From assembly GCA_017549425.1 (NCBI GenBank), contig JAFYUV010000017.1, forward strand, positions 136,750 through 200,749: a stretch of 64,000 bases of DNA, given 5' to 3'. Below are positions 8,927 through 19,054 of this stretch, one piece after another. Position numbers and translations under genes: made by a program. Position 1 is the stretch's first letter. Each line of letters begins with the position of its first letter. Origin of the DNA: Clostridia bacterium. GTDB taxonomy: Bacteria; Bacillota; Clostridia; TANB77; CAG-465. A model generated the notes under the pieces. That model had not been told where the DNA came from. It worked only from the letters and a program-made list of their open reading frames with translations, and made no database searches.

Positions 8927-9719
8927 ATCTATAGGTACTTATCTTAAATATATAGTTCTTTGTGTTAGTCTTAATGTTAGAAGTAGCATATCTAATAAAA
9001 AGAGCTTTATAATTCAAACGGTTTCAATGTTTATAAACAACTATGTATTTTTGCTGTTTTGGCAGATACTGTTTAACAACAAGGGCGGAAGTATAAATAA
9101 TACCACTATGGATGACATCATATATTTGTGGTCGATACCTACGATTGCATTTGGTATATGCTTCTTCTGCTTTGGTGGTGTTGAAAATCTTTGTAGAGAC
9201 ATTGTTGATGGCAATCTTGATGTATATTTAACTAAACCTAAGCATAGCTTAATTTCTCAGCTTACGTCATACTCTGTTTTGTCTGCTATGGGAGATTTGC
9301 TTTTTGGTTTGGTTTGCGGGGTAATAGTTTCAAGATTCAATATATTGAAGTTTTTGTTGATAATTTTGTTGTCGGTAATTGCAGGTATAGCATTTGTATG
9401 TATAAATGTTATAGTAAGACTGTTGTCTTTTTGGTTTGGAGATTTAACGAATTCAACAAAAAGATATACAAGTACAGTATTAGTTACATTAACTATTTAT
9501 CCTGAGCAGATGTTTCCAAAATTTTTGAAAATTATGATGTATACAGTTATTCCGGCTATATATGTAGCTCATATTCCAGTAAGAATAGCAAAAGGAGAAA
9601 CATTTTTGTGGTTTTTGATTCTTTTAGCTGTAACTGTATTACTTGTTATAATTACGTTTTGGATGTATAGCAAGGGAATTAAAAAATATGAAGGGAATAG
9701 TGGTGTAACTAGAAGGTAA
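8910..9719 (+). CDS. ABC-2 family transporter permease (module 1, permease B)
   Basis: 269-aa polytopic membrane protein overlapping the previous gene. Confidence 0.7.
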   Translation: MLRVFKSIGTYLKYIVLCVSLNVRSSISNKKSFIIQTVSMFINNYVFLLFWQILFNNKGGSINNTTMDDIIYLWSIPTIAFGICFFCFGGVENLCRDIVDGNLDVYLTKPKHSLISQLTSYSVLSAMGDLLFGLVCGVIVSRFNILKFLLIILLSVIAGIAFVCINVIVRLLSFWFGDLTNSTKRYTSTVLVTLTIYPEQMFPKFLKIMMYTVIPAIYVAHIPVRIAKGETFLWFLILLAVTVLLVIITFWMYSKGIKKYEGNSGVTRR

Positions 9720-9720
9720 T

Positions 9721-9756
9721 ATATAACGGGGTAAATTTACCCCGTTATATTTATAT
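9721..9756. terminator. Palindromic terminator after ABC module 1
   Basis: Perfect palindrome ATAACGGGGTAAA/TTTACCCCGTTAT followed by TTATAT; then a 3x AAAAATACA tandem repeat. Confidence 0.55.
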
Positions 9757-9877
9757 AAAAAATACAAAAAATACAAAAAATACATATATAACTATTTACT
9801 TAATTCTTAAAATATGTTAAATTTTATTTATTAATACAATTTAGTATTAATAAATAGATATAAGGGGGATAAATAAT

Positions 9878-10228
9878 ATGTCTGAAAAAGCAAAACAAAT
9901 ATTATCTTATATATTTGGATGGATTGGAGGATTAATAGTTTTATTTGCTATAAAAGAAAACGAAAGAAATACTAAGTTCCATGCAGCGCAAGCAATAGTT
10001 TTAAGTGCGGGTTATATGGTAATTTCTTGGATTTATGGTTTATTGCCACTATATATACCATTCTTATCTACAGCATTATGGATAGTTTACGTAGGTGGTA
10101 TTATATGGGGAATTGTAAAAGCTGCTCAAGAAGACAAAAATGTTGAATTACCTTTAATTGGTAAAGCAACAATGGCTATTTTTGGAAAGAAAATAGATGA
10201 AGTAGCAAAAACTGAAGAAAATAAATAA
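9878..10228 (+). CDS. DUF4870-family small membrane protein
   Basis: 116 aa; characteristic ...NTKFHAAQAIVLS... motif and three TM segments. Confidence 0.6.
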   Translation: MSEKAKQILSYIFGWIGGLIVLFAIKENERNTKFHAAQAIVLSAGYMVISWIYGLLPLYIPFLSTALWIVYVGGIIWGIVKAAQEDKNVELPLIGKATMAIFGKKIDEVAKTEENK

Positions 10229-10235
10229 AAATAGA

Positions 10236-10267
10236 AAAGTGCTCTAAATGTTAGAGCACTTTTTTTA
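10236..10267 (+). terminator. Rho-independent terminator
   Basis: AAAGTGCTCTAA-ATG-TTAGAGCACTTT followed by TTTTAT. Confidence 0.7.
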
Positions 10268-10426
10268 TAAAAAGCACAAAAAATTGTTTACATTATAATT
10301 TTTTTGTGATAGACTTTTAACATTCGTGAAAACACATTATATGGAAACTTAAATTAAGATATAAACATCTGAAAAATAGTTACCCAAGGTAATGTGTTTT
10401 TTTGTATTTTAGAAAGGGGGAAAATA

Positions 10427-11407
10427 ATGTATATTTCGGTTAAGAATCTTAACAAAACGTTTAAGATTCAAACTAAGAAAAAAGGGTTGCTAAATGCAAT
10501 AAAAGCTTTTATAAAGCCTAAATATAGGGAAGTAAAAGCCGTAGACGATATTTCATTTAGCATAAACAAAGGAGAAATTGTGGGGCTCATAGGACCTAAC
10601 GGGGCAGGTAAATCTACAACTATAAAAATGCTTTGTGGAATACTTTATCCAGATAGTGGAGAATGTATGGTGGCAGGCTTAAATCCTTTTGAAGATAGAA
10701 AAAAATACACTTCAAAATTAGGTGTAGTATTTGGCCAAAAATCTCAACTTTGGTGGGATATACCCGTAATCGAATCATTTGAATTACTTAAAAATATTTA
10801 TAAAATACCAGAAGATGAATATAAGAAAACGAAGAATGATTTGGTAGAGAAGTTGGATATAAAGAAAATACTAGATGTTCCAGTTAGGCAATTAAGTCTT
10901 GGACAAAGAATGAGATGTGAAATAGTAGCGTCGCTATTGCACAATCCAGAAATTTTATTCTTAGATGAACCAACAATTGGTTTAGATGCAATATCTAAAG
11001 TACAACTTAGGCAGTTTATAAAGGAAATAAACAAAGACCGAAAGATAACAATTATTTTAACAACGCATGATATGACAGACATAGAACAATTAGCTAAAAG
11101 AGTAATGGTAATAGGCAAAGGAAAACTGTTATACGATGGAAGTTTAAAAGCAATCAAAACAAAGTTTCAATCGTCAAAAAAACTAGAAATAATATACAAT
11201 AGTTTAAAAGAAATCCCTAATGTAAAATCAAAAATAATAGAGCAAGATAGTAAAAGAATTCTGTTTGAAGTAGAAAATAATTCTAAAGAAACCATTTCTA
11301 ATATTATAGAAAAATTTAGTAAAGTGTGTCAAATAGAAGATATCAATATATACGAGAACAACATAGACAATATTATATTAGAACTGTATAAGGAGTATGA
11401 AATATGA
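10427..11407 (+). CDS. ABC transporter ATP-binding protein, paralogue of 7170-8156 (module 2)
   Basis: Start at MYISVKNL with RBS AAAGGGGGAAAATAATG; Walker A GPNGAGKST, LSLGQRM, ILFLDEPT; the two ATPases are clear paralogues, with conserved blocks across much of the ATPase domain. Confidence 0.85.
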   Translation: MYISVKNLNKTFKIQTKKKGLLNAIKAFIKPKYREVKAVDDISFSINKGEIVGLIGPNGAGKSTTIKMLCGILYPDSGECMVAGLNPFEDRKKYTSKLGVVFGQKSQLWWDIPVIESFELLKNIYKIPEDEYKKTKNDLVEKLDIKKILDVPVRQLSLGQRMRCEIVASLLHNPEILFLDEPTIGLDAISKVQLRQFIKEINKDRKITIILTTHDMTDIEQLAKRVMVIGKGKLLYDGSLKAIKTKFQSSKKLEIIYNSLKEIPNVKSKIIEQDSKRILFEVENNSKETISNIIEKFSKVCQIEDINIYENNIDNIILELYKEYEI

Positions 11408-12207
11408 GGGGATATATATCATATTTTAAAACTGTGTTGTTAACTAATTTGCAGTATAAAATAGCTGCGTTAGCAGGACTTTGTACACAGTTTTTTTGGG
11501 GATTTTTACAAATATTCATATACGAAGCGTTTTATGAGGGAGTAGGAGATAATGCTCCAATAGTATACGGCGATTTGGTAGATTATGTGTGGCTTCAGCA
11601 AGCGTTTTTTGCCTTAATATATATTAGACATAGAGATGATGAACTTGCTAATAGCATAAAAAATGGACAGATAGCTTATGAACTAGTAAGGCCATATAAT
11701 TTATATTTTTGGTGGTATATAAAGTGTATTGCTAAAAAATATGCTAGTGTTGCTCTAAGATTCTTTCCAATTATTTTTACAGCACTACTTCTACCTGAAC
11801 CATATAATTTGTCTAGTCCTGATTCTTTAGTAGCTTTCTTGTTGTTTTTATTAGCTTTGGTGCTTGGTTCATTGGTTTTGACAGGAATAATTGTTATACT
11901 TCAAAATATAATGTTCTTTACTTTGGAAGATAAAGGAATAAATTCAGTTATAAATACAATTGCAGAGTTATTAGCGGGCTTAATTTTACCAATACCACTA
12001 TTACCAGATGTTTTAAAAGCAATTGCAAGTGCACTTCCGTTTAGGCTTATAGGAGATTTGTCTTTTAGAATTTATTCTGGAAATATTCCGATTAAAGAAG
12101 CGACAATTAATATATTGTTTCAATTATTATGGATTTGTATACTAGTGATTGTAGGATATTTATTAACTAAAAAATCTACGAAAAAATTACAAATACAAGG
12201 AGGTTAA
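11404..12207 (+). CDS. ABC-2 family transporter permease (module 2, permease A)
   Basis: 267-aa membrane protein with an overlapping start. Confidence 0.7.
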   Translation: MRGYISYFKTVLLTNLQYKIAALAGLCTQFFWGFLQIFIYEAFYEGVGDNAPIVYGDLVDYVWLQQAFFALIYIRHRDDELANSIKNGQIAYELVRPYNLYFWWYIKCIAKKYASVALRFFPIIFTALLLPEPYNLSSPDSLVAFLLFLLALVLGSLVLTGIIVILQNIMFFTLEDKGINSVINTIAELLAGLILPIPLLPDVLKAIASALPFRLIGDLSFRIYSGNIPIKEATINILFQLLWICILVIVGYLLTKKSTKKLQIQGG

Positions 12208-12208
12208 A

Positions 12209-12976
12209 ATGTTTAAGTACATATCGATGCATTTGAAATCTCAATTAGAATATAAGTCTTCGTTTATATTACTTAGTGTATCACAAATATTAACTTTTCT
12301 AACATATTGTTTAACTTTTTATTCTTTGTATGAGAGATTTGGAGCAGTGAAGAAATTTAGTATATACCAAGTAATGATTTGTTTTAGTATTGTGCAGTTT
12401 GGAGAAAGCTTTTCAGAAGCGTTACTTAGAGGGTTTGATAAATTTTCTGAATTGATAAAAAGTGGTAAATTTGATTTGTTACTCATAAGACCACAAAATA
12501 TTTATTTACAAGTAATTGGTTCTAAAATGGAACTAAGTAAAATAACAAAGTCGTTTTTTTCAATACTGTTATTAATATATGCTATTATAAAGCTTAAGAT
12601 TTATTTAAATCCGATAAATCTGTTAATAGTATTGTTAATGTTAGCTGGTAGTTGTATTATTTTTGCTTCAATATTTGTACTTGGAGCTGCGCTGTGTTTT
12701 AAAACGGTAGAAGGGTTAGAAATTGTAAATATCTTTGTTTATGGAACAAGAGATTTCGCACAATATCCGATAGGAATGTATAATAGGGTGATACAAATAT
12801 TTTTTACGTATTTAATACCAATGGCTATTGCAACATATTTTCCAATGCTATATATAACAGGACAAGTTACTAGCATTTGGTATGCTGTTATGCCACTTTT
12901 AACTTTACTTACTCTTATTCCATCATGTATTATATTTAATTGTGGAGTCAAGAGTTATAAAAGCTGTGGAGGATAA
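12209..12976 (+). CDS. ABC-2 family transporter permease (module 2, permease B)
   Basis: 255-aa membrane protein. Confidence 0.7.
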   Translation: MFKYISMHLKSQLEYKSSFILLSVSQILTFLTYCLTFYSLYERFGAVKKFSIYQVMICFSIVQFGESFSEALLRGFDKFSELIKSGKFDLLLIRPQNIYLQVIGSKMELSKITKSFFSILLLIYAIIKLKIYLNPINLLIVLLMLAGSCIIFASIFVLGAALCFKTVEGLEIVNIFVYGTRDFAQYPIGMYNRVIQIFFTYLIPMAIATYFPMLYITGQVTSIWYAVMPLLTLLTLIPSCIIFNCGVKSYKSCGG

Positions 12977-13259
12977 ACTTATTTTTAAAAGTGCAAAAAT
13001 CAATGTTAAGGAGTAGAATTTGCGCTTTGAAATTGGTTTGAAAACACAAAACGAAACGGGGAAAGAAAAAATTAATCTTTCCCCGTTTCTAAAAAGGGTA
13101 AATAATATAATATATATATAAAAGGGTTTATGAAAAAGGATAATAATGTATTGTAAATACAACGATAGTATAATATAATTACGGTGAAAATCTTGTCAAA
13201 ATATAGCACAAAAATTTAAAAGAAATGTAATATTTTGTCTAAATGAGGTAGAAGCAAAA

Positions 13260-14609
13260 ATGGAAATAAATAAAGTTGTAAATGTAATAGGAGCAGGGTT
13301 AGCAGGTTGTGAGTGTGCACATATTTTAGCTAGTCATGGCGTAAAAGTTAATTTGTATGAAATGAAACCAAATAAAAAAAGTCCAGCACACCATACAGAT
13401 TTGTTTGCAGAGCTTGTATGTAGTAATTCTTTAAAATCTGAAGAAATAACCAATGCATGTGGCTTGTTAAAATATGAAATGGGAATGCTAGGGTCTTTAA
13501 TGATGGAAGCAGCATTAGCTACAAGGGTAAAAGCAGGAGCGGCTCTTGCGGTAGATAGAGATAAATTTAGTGAATATATAACTAAAAAAATATTAGAAAA
13601 TAAAAATATAACAGTAATATATGATGAAGTATGTGATATAGAAAAGTTACTTGGAACTGTAGTTATAGCTACGGGCCCACTTACAAGTGATACCTTATCT
13701 AATAACATTAGTAAAATAATAGGGCAAGAAAAGCTATATTTTTATGATGCTGCAGCACCAATAATTTTAAGAGAAAGTATAGATATGAGTGTGGCGTATG
13801 AAAAAGATAGGTGGCATGATGATGAAAAAGGAGATTATCTAAATCTTCCAATGAGTAAAGAAGAATATGATGTCTTTTATAATGAATTAATAAATGCAAG
13901 AAGCGCAGATAGACATTCTTTTGATACAATTGAAAACATAGTTCATTTTGAAGGTTGTATGCCAATTGAATCCATGGCTAAAAGAGGTGAAAAGACGATG
14001 CTTTTTGGGCCATTAAAGCCGGTTGGTTTAAGGAAAGATGAAAATCATAAGCCTTATGCTGTTGTTCAATTAAGAGCTGAAAATAAAGAAAAAACTATGT
14101 ATAACATGGTTGGTTTTCAAACAAGTTTAGCCTTTCCAGAACAAAAAAGAGTATTTTCATTAATACCTGGATTGGAGAATGCTGAGTTTGTAAGATATGG
14201 GGTTATGCATAAAAATACATATATAAACGCGCCTCATATACTAGATTACAATTTTAAGTTGAAGAATAAGGTAGACGATATATATTTTGCAGGACAAATA
14301 AGTGGAGTAGAAGGATATGTAGAATCTGCGGCTAGTGGACTTATGGTAGCATATAACATACTGTTTGGTAAATATTTTGAAGGTTCTATGTTCAAAGAGG
14401 AGACAATGCTTGGAGCGTTAGCTAAATATATAGCTACAGAAAACAAAAATTTCCAACCGATGAATGCAAATTTTGGTATAATAAAACAGAGTGATACAAA
14501 AATAAAAGATAAAAAGAAAAGATATGAAATTTATGCAAATAATTCATTAAATTGTATAAAGGAGTTAAAAAATGAGCTTGAAAATATTAGAAGACGACTT
14601 GAAAAATAA
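13260..14609 (+). CDS. trmFO: Methylenetetrahydrofolate--tRNA-(uracil54-C5)-methyltransferase TrmFO (Gid)
   Basis: 449 aa; N-terminal FAD motif VIGAGLAGCE and the FAGQISGVEGYVESAASGL block. Confidence 0.85.
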   Translation: MEINKVVNVIGAGLAGCECAHILASHGVKVNLYEMKPNKKSPAHHTDLFAELVCSNSLKSEEITNACGLLKYEMGMLGSLMMEAALATRVKAGAALAVDRDKFSEYITKKILENKNITVIYDEVCDIEKLLGTVVIATGPLTSDTLSNNISKIIGQEKLYFYDAAAPIILRESIDMSVAYEKDRWHDDEKGDYLNLPMSKEEYDVFYNELINARSADRHSFDTIENIVHFEGCMPIESMAKRGEKTMLFGPLKPVGLRKDENHKPYAVVQLRAENKEKTMYNMVGFQTSLAFPEQKRVFSLIPGLENAEFVRYGVMHKNTYINAPHILDYNFKLKNKVDDIYFAGQISGVEGYVESAASGLMVAYNILFGKYFEGSMFKEETMLGALAKYIATENKNFQPMNANFGIIKQSDTKIKDKKKRYEIYANNSLNCIKELKNELENIRRRLEK

Positions 14610-15534
14610 AAAACTACACAATATATATTTGTTTTTCGGAGAAGATGTATATGAAATAGAGAGGCATCTAGAAAAAATAAAAAAGAGTTTTTCTAATTTA
14701 CAATTAGGGGTTAATTTTTTTCAATTAGATAAAAGTAATTTACAAGAGTTGCCAGACATTGTAACAAGCTTCACTTTTTTTGGAGAGGATAAGCTTGTTG
14801 TAATAAAGGATACTAAATTAAAAATAAATTTAGATGTACTGGAAAGCGTTGAAAATACCAAGACCATTTGCGTAATAATTGAACCTAGTGTGGACAAAAG
14901 AACGTTAGAATTTAAAAAATTACAAAAATTAGCCATATGTGTGGAGTTTTCTAATTTAAATGAAAAAGACTGTGTTAAATATGTTATAAAAACGTTAGGA
15001 CAATACAAGATAATAGTAGATGAAAAAACAGCTAATTACATGGTAGAAGTTTGTACGTCAAGCAAGCAACTATTGATAAATGAATTCAAAAAAATAGTTT
15101 CATATTTAAATGAAGGTGATGTGTTAGACTGTGAAACAATAGATAAGATTTGTGTAAGGACTTTAGATGCAAAAATTTTTGATGTTATAGATTTAATAGT
15201 TGCAAAAAAGAAAGATATAGCACTCAAGCTTATAGATGACTTAATTGCTCAAAAGACGTATATAGGAGTTATATCATCACTATTATTTAAGCAAATAAAA
15301 CAATTGTATTTAATAAAATTGGCAGAAGAAAAACAGACTAAAGAGAGAACCAATGCAGTACAAGAATTAGGAATTAATCCATTTGTTTTGAGTAAGTTAA
15401 ACAGAGCAAAAAGTATGTATAGCAAAGAAAAATTAGAAGAACTAGTGTTAGAATTTGCGGATTATGATGTAAAGTCTAAAACCGGATTAGAAGACCCTGT
15501 TTTGGGGTTAAAAAGAATTGTGTGTATAATGTAA
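14572..15534 (+). CDS. holA: DNA polymerase III delta subunit HolA
   Basis: 320 aa; ...YLFFGEDVYEIE..., LVVIKD; followed by gpr as in the Bacillus holA-gpr-spoIIP neighbourhood. Confidence 0.65.
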   Translation: MSLKILEDDLKNKKLHNIYLFFGEDVYEIERHLEKIKKSFSNLQLGVNFFQLDKSNLQELPDIVTSFTFFGEDKLVVIKDTKLKINLDVLESVENTKTICVIIEPSVDKRTLEFKKLQKLAICVEFSNLNEKDCVKYVIKTLGQYKIIVDEKTANYMVEVCTSSKQLLINEFKKIVSYLNEGDVLDCETIDKICVRTLDAKIFDVIDLIVAKKKDIALKLIDDLIAQKTYIGVISSLLFKQIKQLYLIKLAEEKQTKERTNAVQELGINPFVLSKLNRAKSMYSKEKLEELVLEFADYDVKSKTGLEDPVLGLKRIVCIM

Positions 15535-15588
15535 ATAATTTGAATAGAAAAAATAGCATTTATTCATAATATACCTGAGGTGTATTAA

Positions 15589-16486
15589 ATGAATAAGTGC
15601 TATTTAAATTTTAGAACCGATATGGCAGATGAAAGGGTAGATACATATAAAAGAGTTAATAATTTAAGTGATATAGATGGAATAAAAGTGACCACTGAAA
15701 GTGGGAGCTCATTTACAACTACCGTAGTAGAAGTTTTAAACAAAAATGGAAGTAATGCAGTAAAAAAAGAAATAGGCAAATATATTACTATGGAATTATA
15801 TGAAGTAGAGTACTTAGAAGAAAAAGATAAGCAAAACATTATTTCTGATTTAGCTAATCAAATAAAAGATTTAGTTGGAGAAAAAGTAAATTCTGTAATG
15901 GTAGTGGGAATTGGGAATTCAAAGGTTACACCTGATGCGCTAGGACCCAAAGTTGTATCTTTTGTAAATGTTACAAGACATTTATTAAGATACGCTAAAG
16001 ATTTAGTAACCGAACCTGTAAATGAAATTAGTGCAATATCTCCTGGTGTAATGGGAACTACAGGAATAGAAACAGAAGAAATTATAGAGGCGATAGTAGA
16101 AAGAGTAAAACCAGATGTTGTAATAGCAATAGATAGCTTAGCCTCTATGAGTGTGTCAAGAGTTGGAAAAACAATACAGCTAAGTAATACGGGAATAACT
16201 CCGGGGCAAGGAGTCGGTAATAGCAGAAGAGGGATAAATAAAAATACTTTAAAAGTGCCTGTAATTGCCATACGGCGTACCGACAGTAGTAGATATGGCA
16301 ACAATTACAAATGAGGCAATAGATAAGTTATTAGATAGTGAAAAGACTGAAGAAAGTCAAAGTAGATATAATAAAATTGCTAGTATACTTAACACAGAAA
16401 ATTATATTGTAACTCCAAAAGAAATAGACGCTATAATAGATAAGATTTCAGAAATAATTGCAAGCGGGATAAACGAAGCGGTGTAG
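15589..16486 (+). pseudogene. gpr: Germination protease Gpr (spore endopeptidase), interrupted by a +1 frameshift at 16272-16275
   Basis: Frame 1 (15589-16314) carries GIGNSKVTPDALGP...PVIAI; frame 2 (16265-16486) continues with GVPTVVDMATITNEAID; removing one base of ATA-C-GGC restores the conserved AIGVPTVVD. Confidence 0.8.
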
Positions 16487-16503
16487 AACTAAACAAAAAG
16501 AAG

Positions 16504-16535
16504 TAAGACAAGGAAATTTACCTTGTCTTATTTTG
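16504..16535 (+). terminator. Rho-independent terminator after gpr
   Basis: TAAGACAAGG-aaattta-CCTTGTCTTA followed by TTTTG. Confidence 0.65.
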
Positions 16536-16594
16536 CATATTGAAATTTTGGCTTTCATAGTATAAAATATATGTGTTAGAAAAAGAGGGATTCT

Positions 16595-17449
16595 ATGAAA
16601 GTAGTTCTAGATATATTAAAAGGAGTTATTATAGGGATTGCAAATGTTGTGCCTGGAGTAAGTGGTGGAACTATAGCAGTATCTATGGGAATATATGAAG
16701 ATATTATATATGCTTTAAATAGTTTTATTAAAACTCCTATAAAAGCAATAAAATTAATTTGGAAATATGCTTTGGGGATGGTTTTGGGAATAGCTTGTTC
16801 CATTTTTGGAATTGTTTATTTATTTGAAGTCGCTCCGATACCAACATCAACTTTATTTGTTGGAATGATAATTGGAGCTTTACCTTCACTTGTTCCAAAG
16901 GTAGAAGGAGAAGAGCTAACAGTAAGAGATGCTGTTGTATTTGGTATACTTGCTGCTATAGTTATGCTATTACCAGTTTTGGACAATGAGGTTGTTACAA
17001 ATATAGAAATGAATGTTTCTAATATAATAATAACATTTTTCTTAGGTATTATTGCAGCGGTTACAGCGGTTGTTCCCGGAGTAAGTGGCTCTGCAATTTT
17101 AATGGTACTAGGATATTATACTTTTATAATGACAACAATAGAAAACACAATTGTTGAAGTGTTAGCTTTTAATATAGCTGGAGCAATAAGTACAGGAGCT
17201 ATATTAATCCCTATGGCAATAGGTGTTGTAATTGGTATATTTCTTACTGCTAAGCTTATTGAAAAATGGCTTAAATTATATCCAAATACAGTTTATTGGG
17301 GTGTTATAGCATTAGTTGTTACTTCACCGTTTCCAATTATATTAAAAATGAATTTAAGCAATATAACTGTAGAAATTGCAATTATATCTACAATATTATT
17401 AATCGCAGGAATGATATTTGCTGCAAAATTATCTAAAAAGGAGGAGTAA
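16595..17449 (+). CDS. DUF368-family membrane protein (PopT-like candidate undecaprenyl-phosphate transporter)
   Basis: 284 aa; two VPGVSG(G/S) motifs (VPGVSGGT, VPGVSGSA) in a two-fold repeated polytopic membrane protein, as in DUF368. Confidence 0.5.
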   Translation: MKVVLDILKGVIIGIANVVPGVSGGTIAVSMGIYEDIIYALNSFIKTPIKAIKLIWKYALGMVLGIACSIFGIVYLFEVAPIPTSTLFVGMIIGALPSLVPKVEGEELTVRDAVVFGILAAIVMLLPVLDNEVVTNIEMNVSNIIITFFLGIIAAVTAVVPGVSGSAILMVLGYYTFIMTTIENTIVEVLAFNIAGAISTGAILIPMAIGVVIGIFLTAKLIEKWLKLYPNTVYWGVIALVVTSPFPIILKMNLSNITVEIAIISTILLIAGMIFAAKLSKKEE

Positions 17450-17450
17450 C

Positions 17451-18611
17451 ATGAGAAAAAAATTATTAATTGTTTGTTTGTCTTTTGTAATGCTATTTGG
17501 CTTCTGTACAAACGTTAATGCAGAAGATTTATTAGAAGTAAATATATATGAGGAAGATTATATATTGAGTGAACAAAAGACTCCAGAAATGTTATTTATT
17601 AATCAATTTACTGGAAAAACGATATTAGATGAAGATGTAAATAAATCGGGTATGTATTATTCAATAGGAGAATTACAAATTTTAAAAAGCTTAAAAGGAG
17701 TACATATTCTTATATCTAATGACACTGTAACAATAAAGGGCAATGTGGATAACGCTGTAATTATAGCTCCAAATGTTGTAATTGAAGGTAAAATAAATGG
17801 AGATGCCATTATTTATTCTCCTAGTTTATTTATAAAAGAAAATGCAGAAATAGCAGGAGATATAATGGTTTCATCTAATCAAATGGAGATGGACGGTAAA
17901 ATTAACGGAAGTTTAATTGCAAGTATTACAGAAAGCTTAAAAATTACAGGAACAATTACTAAAAACTTGAGAGTACAAGCAAGTTCTATAGATGCTAACG
18001 ATGCTAATATTTTAGGAAAAATATACGTAAAGACATATGAAGAAATGCCTAGCTTATTAGAAAAATATCCAGAAGCAAAAATAGATATTCTACAAGTTAA
18101 AACAAATAATATTGAAAGTGTTATTATACAAGGGGTTCTAACAGTAGCAATATTTGTTGTATTAGGTCTTTTAGTAACAAGAAAAGATAATAACTTAGTT
18201 ACAAAAGTGCTTAATAAAGTCAAGGATAACACAGCGTCTCTCGTTTTACCTGGAGTAGCCATATTATTACCAGCAGTATTAGTGGTATCTTTATTATTAC
18301 TTTTATGTGTATTTGGATTATGGATAATAGCAGTGCCAGTTCTAGTTATTTATTTAGCTATAATACTTACAGCATGTATGTTGTCGGTGTTAATTGTTGG
18401 AACAGTATTGTTTGAAACTGTAAAATATAAAGTGATAAAAAACTATGAAACAAATACAACAATAAAGAAAATAGGATTATTAGCATTAATATATACAGTT
18501 TTATATGTACTTACAGTAATACCTTTTATTGCGACTTATGTTTCAATAATTTTAAGTGTTATATCTGCTGGAATTTTAATGAGTTCATTAGTTAAGAAAA
18601 AACAAAAATAG
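17451..18611 (+). CDS. Secreted and membrane-anchored protein with a bactofilin-like beta-helical repeat region
   Basis: Start at MRKKLLIV with RBS AAAGGAGG; signal peptide ending NVNA; repeat region VTIKGNVDNAVIIAPNVVIEGKINGDAIIY...; C-terminal TM helices. Confidence 0.4.
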   Translation: MRKKLLIVCLSFVMLFGFCTNVNAEDLLEVNIYEEDYILSEQKTPEMLFINQFTGKTILDEDVNKSGMYYSIGELQILKSLKGVHILISNDTVTIKGNVDNAVIIAPNVVIEGKINGDAIIYSPSLFIKENAEIAGDIMVSSNQMEMDGKINGSLIASITESLKITGTITKNLRVQASSIDANDANILGKIYVKTYEEMPSLLEKYPEAKIDILQVKTNNIESVIIQGVLTVAIFVVLGLLVTRKDNNLVTKVLNKVKDNTASLVLPGVAILLPAVLVVSLLLLLCVFGLWIIAVPVLVIYLAIILTACMLSVLIVGTVLFETVKYKVIKNYETNTTIKKIGLLALIYTVLYVLTVIPFIATYVSIILSVISAGILMSSLVKKKQK

Positions 18612-18616
18612 CAACA

Positions 18617-18647
18617 AAAAAGCAACACGATTAAGTGTTGCTTTTTT
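18617..18647. terminator. Bidirectional terminator
   Basis: AAAAGCAACAC-gattaa-GTGTTGCTTTT followed by a T-run. Confidence 0.7.
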
Positions 18648-18651
18648 ATAG

Positions 18652-18969
18652 TTATACTATGTAACTTAAATTATAAAATCCTCGAGAATCTTTGGTAAGC
18701 CTTAAAGAACAATTAGTTCCGTTAGTATAAGCTATTTTAATTACATCGTTTTCTTCTAATTTAACGTAGTCTCTATTATCTGAAACAACAATATTGAATT
18801 TATTATAAACTGTTATTTCAGAGACTTCTTCTGAAAATTCTAAAAGATAAATTGACGGTTCGCATCTTGTCATGTAGAAACCATATTTCCTTATAGGATA
18901 GAATTTAGTGCCTGCCAGAAGAAAATTGAATTTTGATTGTGTTTGATGGTATCTTATATACCTCTTCAT
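18652..18969 (-). CDS. Hypothetical protein (105 aa)
   Basis: Complete ORF; no family recognised. Confidence 0.35.
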   Translation of the reverse strand: MKRYIRYHQTQSKFNFLLAGTKFYPIRKYGFYMTRCEPSIYLLEFSEEVSEITVYNKFNIVVSDNRDYVKLEENDVIKIAYTNGTNCSLRLTKDSRGFYNLSYIV

Positions 18970-19054
18970 ACAGCTCCTCCTCTAATATTAATTTTAAGAT
19001 TATTATATTTTATTTCTTTATTATTCTATCATAAAAAGGTCAAAAATAAAAGAG

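Noticed and set aside
9757-9783. Tandem repeat (AAAAATACA)x3, considered as a possible CRISPR or regulatory array
   Set aside because: It has only three short AT-rich units immediately after a terminator. There are no spacers and no nearby cas genes. It is most likely simple-sequence slippage.
12923-13162. 79-aa minus-strand ORF in the ABC/trmFO intergenic region
   Set aside because: It overlaps a terminator hairpin (AAACGGGGAAAG...CTTTCCCCGTTT) and has no RBS, so it is likely non-coding.
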